In this document: positions 40,978 through 54,780 of the stretch, in pieces
Layout of the letters: every line of letters starts with the position of its first letter
Position numbering within the stretch: the stretch's first letter is position 1
Origin: Octopus vulgaris
Taxonomy: Eukaryota
DNA: 64,000 nt
Assembly: GCA_951406725.2 (NCBI GenBank)
Contig: OX597822.1
Coordinates: 50,592,001-50,656,000 of the forward strand
Direction of reading: 5' to 3'
The notes under the pieces: model-generated
What the model was told of the DNA's origin: nothing
The model's input: only the letters and a program-made list of their open reading frames with translations
Databases searched by the model: none
Made by a program: the position numbers and the translations under genes

Positions 40978-41049
<72 letters not shown>

Positions 41050-41072
41050 CAACAACAACAACAACAACAACA

Positions 41073-42100
41073 CAGAAAGAAACTCAATGAATGGGTCAGG
41101 AAGATAAATGATATCATTGGTGATATCAGGACTGACAACTTCACAAACACCAACAATCTGATAAATGCAATCGTTACAGCCTGGAAGTTAGGTTTGAAAT
41201 TCAAACGTAAATGTCAACATAACCTGAGAGAACCATGGTGGAAAAAGGTGAATAACGCAGTGTATTAACGTGAACAAAAAGCATATTAATGTTCTAAAAC
41301 TGTATAAAGAGAAATGAAGTTCAGCGAGAAAAATATGTTGAGCTAGAGAGGAAGTATAGGGTGACTAGAAAGGGAATCAATGTATTGATTGAGGAATTCA
41401 GACAGAGGTTGAAAGCTAAAGCACGTAAAATAAAGTGATATGAACAGAGAATTGAGCAGTACAGATTAAACAGACTTTTCAACCAAAATCAGAAAGGCGT
41501 GTATCAGGAACTGTATGGGAAAGAAAAAGGTGAAAAAGCCGCGCCGGTTGCAGTAGAAAGCAACAGATTCTGGTCAGACATATCGTCTCAGGAAAAACAA
41601 CACAACATTGAAGCAGAGTTGTTAAAGACACTCAGAGAGGAGATGATTAGAGAGCAGTGTAGGAAAATTCCTAACTGGAAAGCGCCTGGTCCAAATGAGG
41701 TCCAGGGATTTTGGTTTAAAATCTTGACATCTTTGCACAAGAGAATGCGAGATATCTGGAGGAAATACTTAGTAGTGACATCCACGTACCGACCTGGATG
41801 ACAAAATAAAGAACGGTGCTTTGCCAGAAGGACCCTAAGTAAAAGGAATGCGGTTGGAAATTTCCGGCTATTACCTTGTTTGCCTCTGGTGTGGAAACTG
41901 ATATCAAACAGGATCTATAAGTACCTAGACGAGAACGATCTACTACCACTTGAACTAAACGGCTGAAGATGTAAGAGCAGAGGAACGAAAGATCAATTAC
42001 TAATCAATAAGATTATTCTGGCTAATTGCAAGAAGAGACATAAAAAATTGGCGATGGTGGATTACAGAAAAGCATATCACATGATCCTACATTCTGGACT
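41073..42100 (+). mobile_element. R4/Dong pre-RT and RT N-terminal fragment
   Basis: EPWWK; IEQYRLNRLFNQNQKGVYQEL; FWSDI; IPNWKAPGPNEVQGFWFK; TVL..KD; GTKDQLLINK; MVDYRKAY. Confidence 0.9.
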
Positions 42101-42113
42101 CCTAAATATGAAT

Positions 42114-42162
<49 letters not shown>

Positions 42163-42167
42163 TGAAT

Positions 42168-42245
<78 letters not shown>

Positions 42246-42457
42246 TGTGCTTATGTCTGTGTGCACCAGCTGCGTAGCACATTACTTATGAGATTAGGTG
42301 GAGAAAAGACAGGAAAAAGAAAATGCTATAAGAGCAAATCTGCTGGTGATATATTATTATTTCAATGTATTTATTTAGTAAAAATCAGTGATAAAGATTT
42401 TGTATGAATTTTACAAGAAATACACACATACACACACACAGATAAATAAATAAAAAG

Positions 42458-42537
<80 letters not shown>

Positions 42538-43699
42538 GAATGATCTGAGAGCGAACAATCTAGGAAAAAATATCCCCCCATAAAAGCACATACTATTACT
42601 TCCATTGATGAATTTTTGTGCTTAAGACAAGTCTGGTACATTACCTGTAAGTTTTTTTGCAGGCAATCAAATAAGTAATTGACATATTTTATTAACTATT
42701 TGTGAATAACAAACTCCACGTTTTGTGTGTTTTTTTTCAATTTAATCTTGTAATCTTTCTCCATTTCTTCATGCATTATTGTTTTCATTTTAGGCCTTTT
42801 CCAGCTTTTATATTTTCATATTTGGAAATTAATATTTTTGGAAATGATTAAAAAAATATTACACAGTTAATTTCTGATATTAGAGAAGCTAAATTAATAA
42901 CTGTTAAAAAATGAATATACAGTTTCTAGTTGACTGCACATATATCCACATGATGATCTTGGTTGCATGACGATCTTTTTATGGATCTCAGCAAATGTAT
43001 ATGATTTTTTTTCTCAAGAAATAAGCACTGCTATATCCTTACGTATTCTGAAGTTGTAATCATATTCTGAAGGTGTAAAGCATACATCTTTCAGAGTCAA
43101 TCCATATTGTACTTTTAAAATTATCTTTGTATCAACAAATATGGTTTCTCTTATTATGTCTCATAGATATAGAATCTTTCATTGCTAAAGCAATAAAGGT
43201 TGAGAACGGTAACCTAGTTACATAATGCACGGGACTCTGCTACTCATTTATTTATATAACAGTATGATTGCGAAGTGACAGCCAAGGCTCTCTTCAGCAA
43301 GTAGAATTGTCGTAAAATTCCGTAAAATTGTCCAAATCATAGCATAAAAACGCAGATCATTGAGGCAGTTCCGTAACATAAAACAATAATCTTCTCTATT
43401 GGTTGGTGACTCGAGATTTGGATAACACGTTTAGAAATACTAATATTAATTTCAAACTCAAGAGGAGAGTGAAGTAATCTTGTAAAATCTAACACATTTA
43501 AAGCAAACCCAATTAACAGGTGTTACTGAGCAACCTGAAATTGCATCAAATATAATTTAGAAACGCAAATCATATTTACACTTCATTTCCAACTGATTAT
43601 AAGAATTAACTACGAAAATCACTTGAGACAGTCACTTCTGCTTTTGAAGAGCTATAGTCAGTTCGTCATGAAGTGATTCCATTTAATGCATTACATTTA

Positions 43700-44020
43700 T
43701 CACTCAAAAAGTATCCACAATTTCTCCGCTTCTCAATTCAATTTCCAATATAACGAAGATTACATAGGGGAAGATCTTATGTCAGAAATATAGTATGTCA
43801 AATAAAATCTGTGTCTGGTCAAACGTTCCTCTATATTTATCACAGTTATTCCATCAAAGTATGCCTGTTCTGTCACCAAATATGAGTAATTTCTGTCTGC
43901 TATTTCAACTCGGATACTCAGTAAAGAAGCCACTGCATTGGCCAATTACTTGTCAAATACATTATTACTTTGACTATTTTCTGCATTTATCATTAAGCGC
44001 GACATTTTGCATGATGAAAA
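43700..44020 (-). mobile_element. Possible Penelope GIY-YIG remnant
   Basis: NYSYLV...YFDGIT..NIEERLTRHR resembles IY...YIG.T...L..R...HR; weak. Confidence 0.3.
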
Positions 44021-44357
44021 TCAATATATCTATCGTACTTTGTTCGTTGAGTGATTTAGGAATAATAACGTTTCTATTTATTAAATCGGTAACTGCGTGT
44101 GATTCAGAAATTTATATATATTTTCGAACTGATATCAGCCCTCTCAGCCAAAGAGTTATGTGCCGATGAATTGAAATAACCCTGAAACTTTACGGTCCAG
44201 AGATACTACTTTGTGCTGGGTGGGGGTGCTATGCTCCCCTGTTCGAAACTATAAGGACACAGATCCTGTGTCGTATAGCCAGCTAGAGGAGATGCCACAT
44301 GGGGTTAACTGTGACATTTGCCATATTCGGTTGGTAAATAATCGTTATATATATATA

Positions 44358-44864
44358 TATCAGGTCATCCTATAAGTTCTGTCCGAATTTTGAATAAAGA
44401 AAACAAGTGATCAAATTTTATATTATATGAAATTTAATCACCAATGTACTTTCCCTGATTACGTATGACTTCCTTCCATCTATTTACAAGCTTTTTAATC
44501 CCATCAATATAAAACTCTTTTGGTTTCAAAGCGAAGAACTCTGAAATATTAGTTTCGACCTCCTCCTGTCTTACGAAAGTTATGTCCCCCAAATGATTCT
44601 GTAAACTACGAGACAAATTGTAGTCTAAAGGCGCAAGATCGGGAGAATAAGGTGGATAAGGACATTTTTCCCAGCCAAGCTCTTCAATCTACTGTGAGGT
44701 GATGTTTGCAGTGTGGGGTCGTGCATTGTCCTGATGAAACATCACTCCTTTTCGATTTACTAAAGCGGGTCCTTTTTTCTTCAAAGCTTGTTTAAAACAT
44801 TCTAATTGCTGATAGTAGACTTGAGCATTGATTGTTGCGTTAGTTGATAACAATTCAAAGTGAA
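44358..44864 (-). mobile_element. Mariner transposase 3' half plus TIR
   Basis: FELL...TINAQVYYQQL...LKKKGPALVNRKGVMFHQDNARPH...LGWE...PPYSPDLAPLDY.L.RSLQNHL...FYIDGIKKLVNRWKEVI..QGKY; TIR TA-TCAGGTCATCCTATAAGTT; internal stop. Confidence 0.95.
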
Positions 44865-45020
44865 TTACGAAGACAGGTGGTGTAGACAACAAACTTAGAT
44901 ATTACATGGGGCTCGGGAATTGAAGAACCCTTTAACGTTTCGAGCCAACGCTCATCCTCAGAAAGTAAGACAGAAAGAAACAGGGAGAGAAAATAAAAAA
45001 ATAGGTAGTGGTTAGCGACC
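44865..45020 (-). mobile_element. Penelope-like pseudo-LTR fragment
   Basis: Homologous to 779-885; contains the hammerhead core at 44930-44965. Confidence 0.65.
44930..44965 (-). ncRNA. Minimal hammerhead ribozyme (PLE type)
   Basis: CUUU CUGAGGAU GAGC GUUG GCUC GAAA CGUU AAAG: CUGANGA and GAAA cores, 4-bp stems I and II, palindromic AACGUU. Confidence 0.7.
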
Positions 45021-46152
45021 CATCATATATAATAGGCGCGCGCGCGTTGAAACATTATCAAAATGTGTACTTAGAAACATTTTATATTATATGAATTTAA
45101 ATTTAAGTATACATTAGTCTGTGAATTTTAGACAACAGTATCGATACAATATTAAGTTAAAGTGAGTTTTGGTTTCTGCTTCCGCATCTACTGGTATACT
45201 GTAAAATACACATATATAGCTGCTTATGGCATGGCTTTCAATTCATATGTTTGACCGATATAATGTATTCAAGAGTAGGCCTTCAGGTTATTTCCATTTG
45301 CTTCCTTTTTGTTTTGGTTGCTGCACTACCTTTGTGTATTTAAATATAATTTTTTTCTAAGAACCTACCGAAACAGAAACACAACTAATTATTAGCTTTC
45401 TGAAAGAGATAATAAAGGGTAAAACATATGCTGCAGTGGATTTTTCAAGAGACCTTCAAACGTATTCAATTTAATTAAGGGAACTCTCGTGTTATTCAAA
45501 AATAAATGATAGCTATATTTTCATATATATTTTAGTTTAGTTGAGATATATTTAGTCTTCAAATGAAATGGGTCCAATCGCCTCATATCTCTAACAAGAT
45601 ACTACTTGAAAGGAAGATATGAAATAAAGGAAACTTATATATTCGATGAATATACTTCATACGGCGAAGTACAATAAGCTATAAGGTAACAAAAATAAAG
45701 CACCAGCGCTTATCTAATCATGGAAAAAGGAATTGAATGGAAAACCATTCTATTTCGAAAAATTACTTTAAAGGCTAAAAGGCAGTATTTCTTTTTCAAC
45801 CTCCACAATTTTCGATGAAAGTAACTGTTAGGATATTAGAAGAAAATAGAATAAATACACAAACAGCAATCCCACATACAGAGATATTTGCAAAGAAACA
45901 CCTATAAATTGTCACGCACACACACGAATACCTTCTTAGACTCATAAAGAGATACACGCACCAACATAGACTCATAAATAGAGAGACGCACCAACAAAAT
46001 TACATGACAAAATTTATTGAGAAATATGATGTGATGGGGAAAGTAAAACTGTTTTATTGAAGTAGAGAATCAATACAGGAGGGAAAACGATCTTCTGAGG
46101 AATTTTTTTGTTGAAAACGAGATGGTAACTTTTGTTTTAACTGTCTTGTCGA

Positions 46153-46153
<1 letters not shown>

Positions 46154-46198
<45 letters not shown>
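46154..46198. repeat. (CTA)n microsatellite
   Basis: Directly visible. Confidence 0.95.
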
Positions 46199-46912
46199 GC
46201 CTATAGCTGTATAAAATATTTTTTCACTACATTCTCGTTTTTAGTCGTTCACTCCATAATATATTTCCCGCTTTTCAATTACCTTTTTATGCTTATTTTT
46301 CAAATTGTTCGTCATTTTGTTAACTACAAATAGCTCCATGGGGTGTAGTGTTTTATGCAAAAAACCAAAAACCAAAACGTAAACAGATACAATAAAATAA
46401 CTGACTATATTGGCAACTTGAAGAACGAAATTTGAGTCGCTATCTTTTTAAATTCGTTATTGGTGTCAGTGATGTTAAAGAGCTTCGTAAATGAACGATT
46501 TTGCAGCTTAATATTCTGCAAAAGATAATATATTGCAATATGGCATTGAACAAAACAAAATACGGATGAGCTTTAACTCAATAGTACTTCAATGGTGCTT
46601 CAATACTACTTCAGTTCTAACTGAAATGCGAACATCAATTGGTATTGATTTGAGATTTGCATCTTCAGAGGAGAATTAAGACTCAAGGGTAAAATTACAT
46701 TTTTTTTAGAATAAGGATTTACATAGCAAAATATTTTCTTCATCTTCTACTCGTTTTTATCTCTTTCTCCAAACTTCGCATTCGTCTTTTCATTTTCTTG
46801 TAGTTTCGTCATTCACTTCATTTTCTCCTCATCGTTATTTTAGTTCTACGTCTTCGTCTTCTTCTTCACAAACTTGCGTAACAAAACATTTTAATATTTT
46901 TCTTTGGGCATT

Positions 46913-47385
46913 AAGACGGTGAGTTGGCAAAATCGTTACCACCCCGGACAAAGTACTTGGTGGCATTTCTTCCAATTGCGGTGAGTTCAGCTTTGCGTTT
47001 CAGCATTACGGGGGTCGATAAAATAAATATACGAGCAGCACTGGAGTCGACATACCCAATTTCCAGAAATTGCCAGCCTTGTGCAGAAGTTTGAAGCTAA
47101 TATGTTAACATAGTGAGGTAGCAGAATCATTAGGAGACCGGGAAAAATACGTAGCGGCATTTCGTCCGTCTTTACGCTCTAAGTTCACATTCTGTGGAGG
47201 ACGACTTGATCTTTCATCCCTTTGGGATTGTTAAAGTAAATACTAGTTGAACACTGGGGTCGATGTAATCGACTTAACGCCTCCTTCCAACCTGCTGGCA
47301 TTGTGCCAAAATCTGAAGCTAATATATTTCTCTGAACACTAAAGCGGTGAGCAGACAGAATCGTAACCGTGCTGGACAAAATGTT
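46913..47385 (+). mobile_element. Three tandem tRNA-type SINE copies (last truncated)
   Basis: Repeated heads GGTGAG.TGGCA.AATCGTTA at about 46918, 47113 and 47346; shared tails TTGTGC..AA.T.TGAAGCTAATAT. Confidence 0.8.
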
Positions 47386-47730
47386 TTTTTAATTACGTAA
47401 CCATCTAGATACATAGAAGTGTGAGAGAAAAGAAAGAGAGGTATGTATGTCAAATATTTTATGTTTTCTTTTGGAAATTCCAAATATTAACCCATTAAAA
47501 GTTTCTGCTATTTGATAAATACTCAAACTAAAGCTTTACGAAATATCCGTGGTACAAATGCCTCCTTAGTTGCTAAAATATTTTGCTGTACGTTCCAGTT
47601 ACTATCAGAAAAAGAAAGTTTCTTTTTCCTGTGCTATATATTTGTTTTCATTGTGTGGAAGTAGAACACCGCTATTTCGTTGGTCCTTAAAGAACTGTCT
47701 CAATATAAATGAATATGCGCAGAGAGTGTA

Positions 47731-50700
47731 GAGAGAACATCGGTGAGCTGTGTAAAGCCGTGAGTTGGGTATTTGAGCGAGATGAAATGTAAGTACTGTA
47801 ATTGTTAACCTGTTGTTGTAAACCTGTTATTTCTGAAAGCTAGAGGTGATAGCCCGTATATATCTGCCAAACCTCCATAAGATTGTGGGAGAACTGGTTT
47901 TGCCGGATGAGACTAGGTTGAGGATTGTTGTGGAGGGTAGACCTCCAATATGATTTTGTGTGGAGTAATGGGACACATGAAGGTCAAGTGTCCCCAGAGA
48001 CACGAGGAGGAAATAACAGAAAAATAATTCAAGAAGAAGAGAGTACAGCCGTTGAGGGAAAAAAATGGAGGAGACACTTAGGGTGGTGAAAAGAAGAAAG
48101 AACTTAGAATCACCACCAAAAAGTCCAAAGGAGAAAAAAGAAAGACGAACGAAGAAAGAAAAGAGGAAAATAGAAAACCAAATGAAAAACCAAGTGAAAT
48201 GCGAACGCACGAACCGTCGCCTTCAACTGGCAAAGAAGGAGGACGAAAGAAAGAAAGGAAACGAAAGATATAAATTTGAGAGTGGTCGTAGTAGGAAGAC
48301 CTCCAACATGCACCACTGAAGAGAAAAGGGGCACATCAAAAAAAATTGCCCCCAGATAAAGAATGAAATCAGAGTAAACCAGCATCAACATAGCCAAAGA
48401 ACCGAAATGACAAACCCAGTCCAGGAGAAGAGTATGGAAGACAAAGAAGATGGATTTACAGAGGGTACCCAAAAGAGAGAGAAGGAAAATATTAAATGTA
48501 CCCTACGAAAAGCCTGAAAAAGAAAATAAAGAATAGTAAAACAGAAGACATTGTACAGCAAAAAATTCTGTAAGTCAAACGAGATGAAGCATGAATTAAC
48601 TCCGCCATACCAAAAAAGTTCAAATTGGTTAGCGGAAACATACGTCGGCACATTCAAGAAAGCCTTAAAAAGGACTATATGGGAAGCTTTTGAAGATAGA
48701 AATATGACAAATTTCTTAGAGGTGTACAGAATAACACCGAATACAAATACAGAGTCGAGTAGGTCACCTACAGATTTGATGTTCTCCAGAAAGATTCGTT
48801 CTGTGCTTGACAAATTGTTGTCGAGTAGCAAAAGGAAAATACAAAATTCGGGAAGTAGAACGAATTCTTTTTACACAGTCGATAAAGTGTATTTCAAAAT
48901 GCATAATAACAGAAAACAGGACTGGAAATAATGTAATATAACTGGGCGTCTGATTAATGTGATGTACAGGGTGAAAGAACCAAAATATGAACATAAAATG
49001 CCTTTTAACCAATTAAAGAAAAGATATACAAAGAAATAAGGCAGATGGGATGATCCAATGTATACATGATATGACATGTTTGAGGTCAAAGGACCAGAAG
49101 TGGAAGCAGCACCGTCACATAGGTGATCAGGAAACGAAAACATACAGAAATGATGGAAATTAACACCAAATAAAAGAGATATGCCAGTTTCTCACCAAGG
49201 AAATAAAATTATGATAATAATAAAAGAATAAATAAATGAATAAAAAAAGGCAAAGCCAATCTCAAAAGGGGATGTGTTGTGTGCATGTAGAACATCCATG
49301 TTTGGTTGGCTTATAATGGACTGCGCCACGATATAAATAGACATGCGATTGAGAGAATTATTTGAAATGGATATGCACAGTTTTGGGGAAGAGATTGAAT
49401 TTGAAGACCTACCAAAAGTAGTTAAATACGAATAGTTAATACCCTGAATAAATAATAACAGAGGAGTCATTTAAAAAGGAAAAAATAAAGGGTGAAATAG
49501 ACGTTTAAAAAAAGGAAAATAATAAACAAAGGGAAAATGGAGGAAAAAAGACGTAAAAAGAAAATACTTTCTAAAATGGTATAAATTAACTGTTAAATGG
49601 TACTGCGTGAAGGTGGGACTCAATGCAGCCATTTAATTACCATCGATTTCTTTATATATTTTTTTCCTTTTTTATTCGTTTTATGTTTTTGGCCATCCAC
49701 TGTGGTGTTCTGTCTATCCTTGTGCTGCCCCTCTGTGTGAATAGGTGCAGTGGCTAATAAAGAAAAGGAGAGTCGCCTCGCCATTTTTGGGTGTTGGTTT
49801 TGTATTATTAAACATGAGTTAAATTGTCGCACACTGTTATTTATACATTTGGTGTAGGTCTCCCCGTTTTGGTGAACCAAGATTCGTTAAATTGTTAAAT
49901 TGTTGAACGAAATTTAAAGGTGCAATAAGGATTAAATTGCCAGCAGAATGTTACTAGGAAGACATCGAGGGAGTGGTGATTGACAAGGAAAGGTATAGAA
50001 GATTGAAAGGACTATTTGGAGAAGATGTGAACCCTTTCGGGGAAGAGATTGAATTCGAGGAACTACCAAAAGTAGTTAAATAATGCACAGTATGGTGGAT
50101 GAGTTTAAAATCATCAAATAGCGAGAACCAAAAAGGTCAATTGGTGGAGTATGACCTCTCTATGGCCATACATGTGAGTTTAAAAGACCTGTATGGTATC
50201 ACAGAGGAAATCATACTCCCAGAAGACACCAGACTTCGAGTAGTAGTATAAGGAAGGCCGCCAACATACTTCATATGAAGCAAAAAAAGGCTTGTGAAAG
50301 TGAGATGCCCTCACAAGGAAAACAAAAAGGAAGAGTAAAAAGGTAAAGGAAAGAGTACTGAAGAGGTAGCACCTGTCACAGAGACAGATAGAGTGGAGGA
50401 ATCCTTCACAGTCGTGAACAGAAAGAACAGAGAAGAACATGTGAGCTCTCCCCCAGAGCGCAAAAAAGGTTGAAATAGATTAAGATGGAGGAGAAGAGAG
50501 ACAGATGCGAGGCACCAACATACTGAATAATAGAAGACAGCGCAGAGGGAGAAACAGCATTACAATAGGATGTGGAAGGATGCAGCGTTTATGATTTTGT
50601 TTAGGATTTTACCACACGTCCGGACAGCCCAAATCCGGAGCCGAAGCAACCAGAGGTGAAAAGGAAAAAATACAAGTGGCATGTGTTCACGTAAACCAAA

Positions 50701-51310
50701 AGTACAGCAATAGAGAAAAGGATTGTAAAGTATAACTCAATAAAAAATATTAAGGCTGCCTCCAGAAAAATACTCGGAAAAAAACTAATTATCATAGACA
50801 GAGAGAGATTTGAGAATTTTAAAGAACTAGTTGGAAGCAGTATAGAACCGCTGGGGGTTGAAGTCGAGTCCGACGAACTACCACCTGTCGCAAATTTCGA
50901 ATATTTAAAGCCACTAATGAACGCTTAAAAAAAGTAAGGAATTAAAATGTGTTATGTAAAAAAAGAGGGAAAATAGACTGTTAAAAAGTTTGGAATGAAA
51001 GAAAAAAGTACGATACAAAAAGGTAAAACAGTGTAAAACGATTGATTTAATTGTATTAATTAACTGATAAACGTTACTTTTTGAGAATGGGGTCAATGCA
51101 GCCATTTTATCATCATCGATTTCATTATACATTTTTTCCATTTTTCATTCGTTTGTTTTTTTGTACCACTATGATGTTCTGTCTGTCTTTGTGTTTTCCC
51201 TTCTATGTTAAGGCCTGGGTACTAAATAAAGAAAAGGAGAGTCGGTGAGCTGTGTAAAGCAGAGAGATGCGTATTGTCGAGTGCAATAATAAGTATGGTG
51301 TATCTTGAGT
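47731..51310 (+). mobile_element. Head-to-tail array of decayed L1/Tx1-like ORF1-only units
   Basis: VVEGRPP..(C)F.CGVMGHMKVKCP at about 47927-47995 and VVV*GRPPTYF...VKVRCP at about 50240-50313; shared 3' ends 49620-49766 and 51093-51235 ending AATAAAGAAAA; shared heads TCGGTGAGCTGTGTAAAGC at 47740 and 51242. Confidence 0.65.
48540..49275 (+). mobile_element. Gypsy LTR-retrotransposon integrase C-terminus plus polypurine tract
   Basis: FCKSNEMKHELTPPYQKSSNWLAETYVGTFKKALKR...FLEVYRITPN...SPTDLMFSRKIRSVLD (PYHP.SNG.AER..TFK and SPAELMFGR motifs); AAAAGGGGATG|TGTTG PPT/LTR start at about 49264-49278. Confidence 0.9.
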
Positions 51311-53069
51311 AGAACGATTTTATAAAACTAGCGAAAGATTCCACATTAAATGGAATCATTTTCATAAAACTTCAGCACAACTAACGATGAGGAGGGCTAT
51401 GATTATAACGATTCAGTTCGTAAAAACTGACGCAGGATATTTAATACCCATACATAAGAGCACATAGAAAAATGTCAAAATGTACAAAACTAGAAAATTT
51501 AGCAGACAAGAAAATATGAAAGTGAAAATGTTAAAAAATGTGACGATCAAAATGTAAAAGAGAAATAATAAATATAATGAACTTGTGTAAACGTAAACGT
51601 AGTTTTTACTGTTGTCAGTGAAATAAATACTATAACTACTGCAATACAAAAAATAAATCATCTCTTGAAAGCATTCATATAATACAATATTATAGATAAA
51701 TATTTTTATGTTGTGTTAGTGTATATTATTACGAAACACCAGGAAATTTACTCATTTTCATATTTCTATAGCAATTTTTAACATCAAATCAATAAATATT
51801 TTTTCTGCACAGACACAAAGAAAAGAAAGAAAAACAGAAGAATAACACGGATGTTAAGAAAGAGAAAATCTGAAATTGATGCAAATATGAGGGAAGCTCT
51901 TATTGATAATCACGTCTCTTTTTATTTCTGTTCTTAATTACTAATTAAATTTAATGATTACTATAAGAAGATAAGGTATCTTTAGTATTGCCTTGGATGC
52001 AAATTTTGAATATTATATAAGTAGTTTTTATAGTGGAGAACTAATTCAAATTGAGACATTGTAATATAGATTGATTTTGTTACATGTCGCACATTTATAT
52101 AAATTGACTAAATATATAGTATTTTAAAATGTTTAAAACGAACTACTCACTGACCATATGTTCTGAAATGTAGTAACAAGGTCTAATGATGGTGATCACT
52201 GTTGCACAAATATAGTATAATAACGTATTTGGTTGAATAAATTTTGCCTGTCCATACTCTGTGTTTATTTATTAATACAGCGATAGGGATGTATAGCTGT
52301 TCACAAGATTTGAAAGGGATACTAGAATTTTTTATATAGTCATTCAGATGGATATTCTAAGATTAATGTTCATAGCGTGTATATTATTCTATAAAAATAC
52401 ATAAACCAATAATAAAATGGATTATGAAAATATTCCTAGCTTTGGCTTTATAGCATTAAAAACAGTATTTACACTACGGCTTGCTACTTACATTTTACGT
52501 ATTGAAATGAATTGGTACTTATTTACTTGTGCTAAATTCAGATAGAAAGAGAGAGAGAGGGGGGAAAGACAGAGAGGGAGAGAATATCTAACAATTTTCT
52601 GTCTTGTAGTTGATTTATAATAATTTTTATCTTGATACTCCAAAGGCCTAATTCATATGTAGGCATCAAAAATTGAATTGATTGAAGTTCTATGAATATT
52701 AGCATTTATAATTGCTTTTTAGTTTCCCAAAGTTATATGATGAAAAGTAAGTAATTAAGATCATTAGGTTCAATTTCATAAAATATCTTGAACCTCTCTG
52801 TTGAATTTATATGTCGTGTTCCAACAGGTGTAATAACGACTGACATTTTCGTGAATATGAAAAAGTTGTCCGTAAAATATGAAAATGTTCGCACTGAATC
52901 ATAAAATCCCATAGGACCTATGTATTAACACTTTCGATTATGGCTTAGGCTTTACGTTCGTACCACTGTTTTGCTCTGTCAAGTCCATAATTGTTGCACA
53001 GTGTCCAATAGACAAACCTGGCTATATTGTCATAATCTATATTCTTTCTGGTCTAGTGGCGTACATTGA

Positions 53070-54560
53070 TTGGTAATATGACATACGTCTTCACCATTTT
53101 GTCCACAAATTCTGCACTTATAACTTTCTGATGTGTTGTTTATTCTGTATCTGATGTAATTGGTTCTTAACGTTTGTTCTTGGGCAGCACAGATTAGAGT
53201 CTCCGCTTGTGGTTTAAAATCACTTTAGTCATCCATAGACATCTTTTTTTCTATGCCTGTCTTATCTTCAGCATCCCTACAAAAGCGTCCATGCATTCCT
53301 TTCTTTATCCGCCAATTTTCTGTTTCGTTCTTTCTCAAGTGCTTGTACAGTGCTTTATGTTCGCAATCTTGCTACACAAGGCTGAAATACTTACTTCCAA
53401 TAATAGTTTTTACATACCATGCTATGTTGTTTTCCTCTGCTCAAATGCTACCTTCACCAAAGAAGTCCCTTTCCTCGTCTTTCCTCGTCTTCTTGCTACA
53501 TACAGTGTGTCTCTATGACTTTTTGGATGGAGTATTCCTTATCTAGTCAACAACTCCCTTGTCTTCCCGTCTAAGGTTGTTAGTTCGTCTGCTCTCTATG
53601 CGATTACTCCTACTCCATATCAAAGGAATGAAACCGCCCAGATGTTGGTGGCTTCGCTCTTATTCCGTCCGTGTAATTTCGCCATAAATATCAGTCTCAG
53701 ACCGCGCTAATGTTCCACCGTAAACTTTTCCATGAATATTTTTCTCCATCAATTTATCTATTTCCAATAACCACAAATTCTTATAGCTCGTTTCTTCTAT
53801 CTCCTTCATAGCGTAACCCGACGTCATCGCTAGCATGTTCATACAGTTGAACATGATTAACACCCAACACTTACGCAATTCGAACTCCATTCTGATATCA
53901 GCTCAGAAAGTATACTCTGTATCAACGTGGGAACTGACTTGGGATCCATCTTTACCATGAATAACAAGTAACTGACGTTTTGTCAGCAGCCCTTGAATAC
54001 ATATCCGGAATTTTGTTTTCCTCATAATCAGTACAATTGGTATCATGCAAAGTACAGATTCAATGGGGACGACCAGACCCCTTGGAAGACGGCTCTCCTG
54101 ATTTCTCTTGTCCCTAAACCTCTTTCATACGATCTCACTTCCATACTCCACCTAGTCATATATTTTCCAAGTAATCGTTCAAATTCGATGCAGTGCCAAA
54201 TAGGTTCATGTATTCCATGATCCATGAATGGCGGATCATATCGTACGCCTCACGATAGTCGATCCATGGTATGGCTAGGTTAGTTTTCTTTCTCTGGCAG
54301 TCTCTAAGTACAGTTTTGTCTACCAAGAGTTGATTCTTGTACCTCGGCACTTACGCTTGCAGCACTTCTACTCATGAGTACACTGTCCGTACATTGACTC
54401 TGCGTCTATTCCAGTCAAAAATGTACGCATAAGTCGTAAGACGGATATTGGTCTGTAATCGTCTACCGTATTGCCTTTGTCATTGTTTTTCAAGTACAGC
54501 ATTGTTCTCCCAATTGTCAACCACTCTGGTGTTACTTGGGCCTTATGCAACGTGTTGTTT
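53070..54560 (-). mobile_element. R4/Dong RT to zinc-knuckle fragment
   Basis: PEWLTIGRTML..K...DDYRPIS; KNQLLVDKTVLRDC..KKTNLAI.WIDYREAYDMI.HSWI; IRRAVFQG..SSPL; MEFELRKC. Confidence 0.92.
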
Positions 54561-54563
54561 TCT

Positions 54564-54780
54564 TACTGAGACCTAGCTTGTCGAGTTCAGTTACCCGAAT
54601 GGAGAGATGGCCATCGAAAACTCAGCGGCTACTGGTCAAGGTTAGTTACATAGTGTTATTAGAATTGAGATCGACCGTGTGGCCCACCATGACCATAGAT
54701 GTCAACTTTTCGGTAACAGTCTTAGACTTTCTGCATCACCCGTGCCTCATTAAGTGAGTCCGACGAGCTAGGTTTCAGTA
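54564..54780. mobile_element. MITE with about 28-bp imperfect TIRs and TA TSD
   Basis: TA-CTGAGACCTAGCTTGTCGAGTTCAGTTA ... TAAGTGAGTCCGACGAGCTAGGTTTCAG-TA. Confidence 0.75.

Noticed and set aside
42104-42241. AAATATGAATTTCTG duplicated around (TA)n
   Set aside because: Likely slippage or assembly artefact at a microsatellite.
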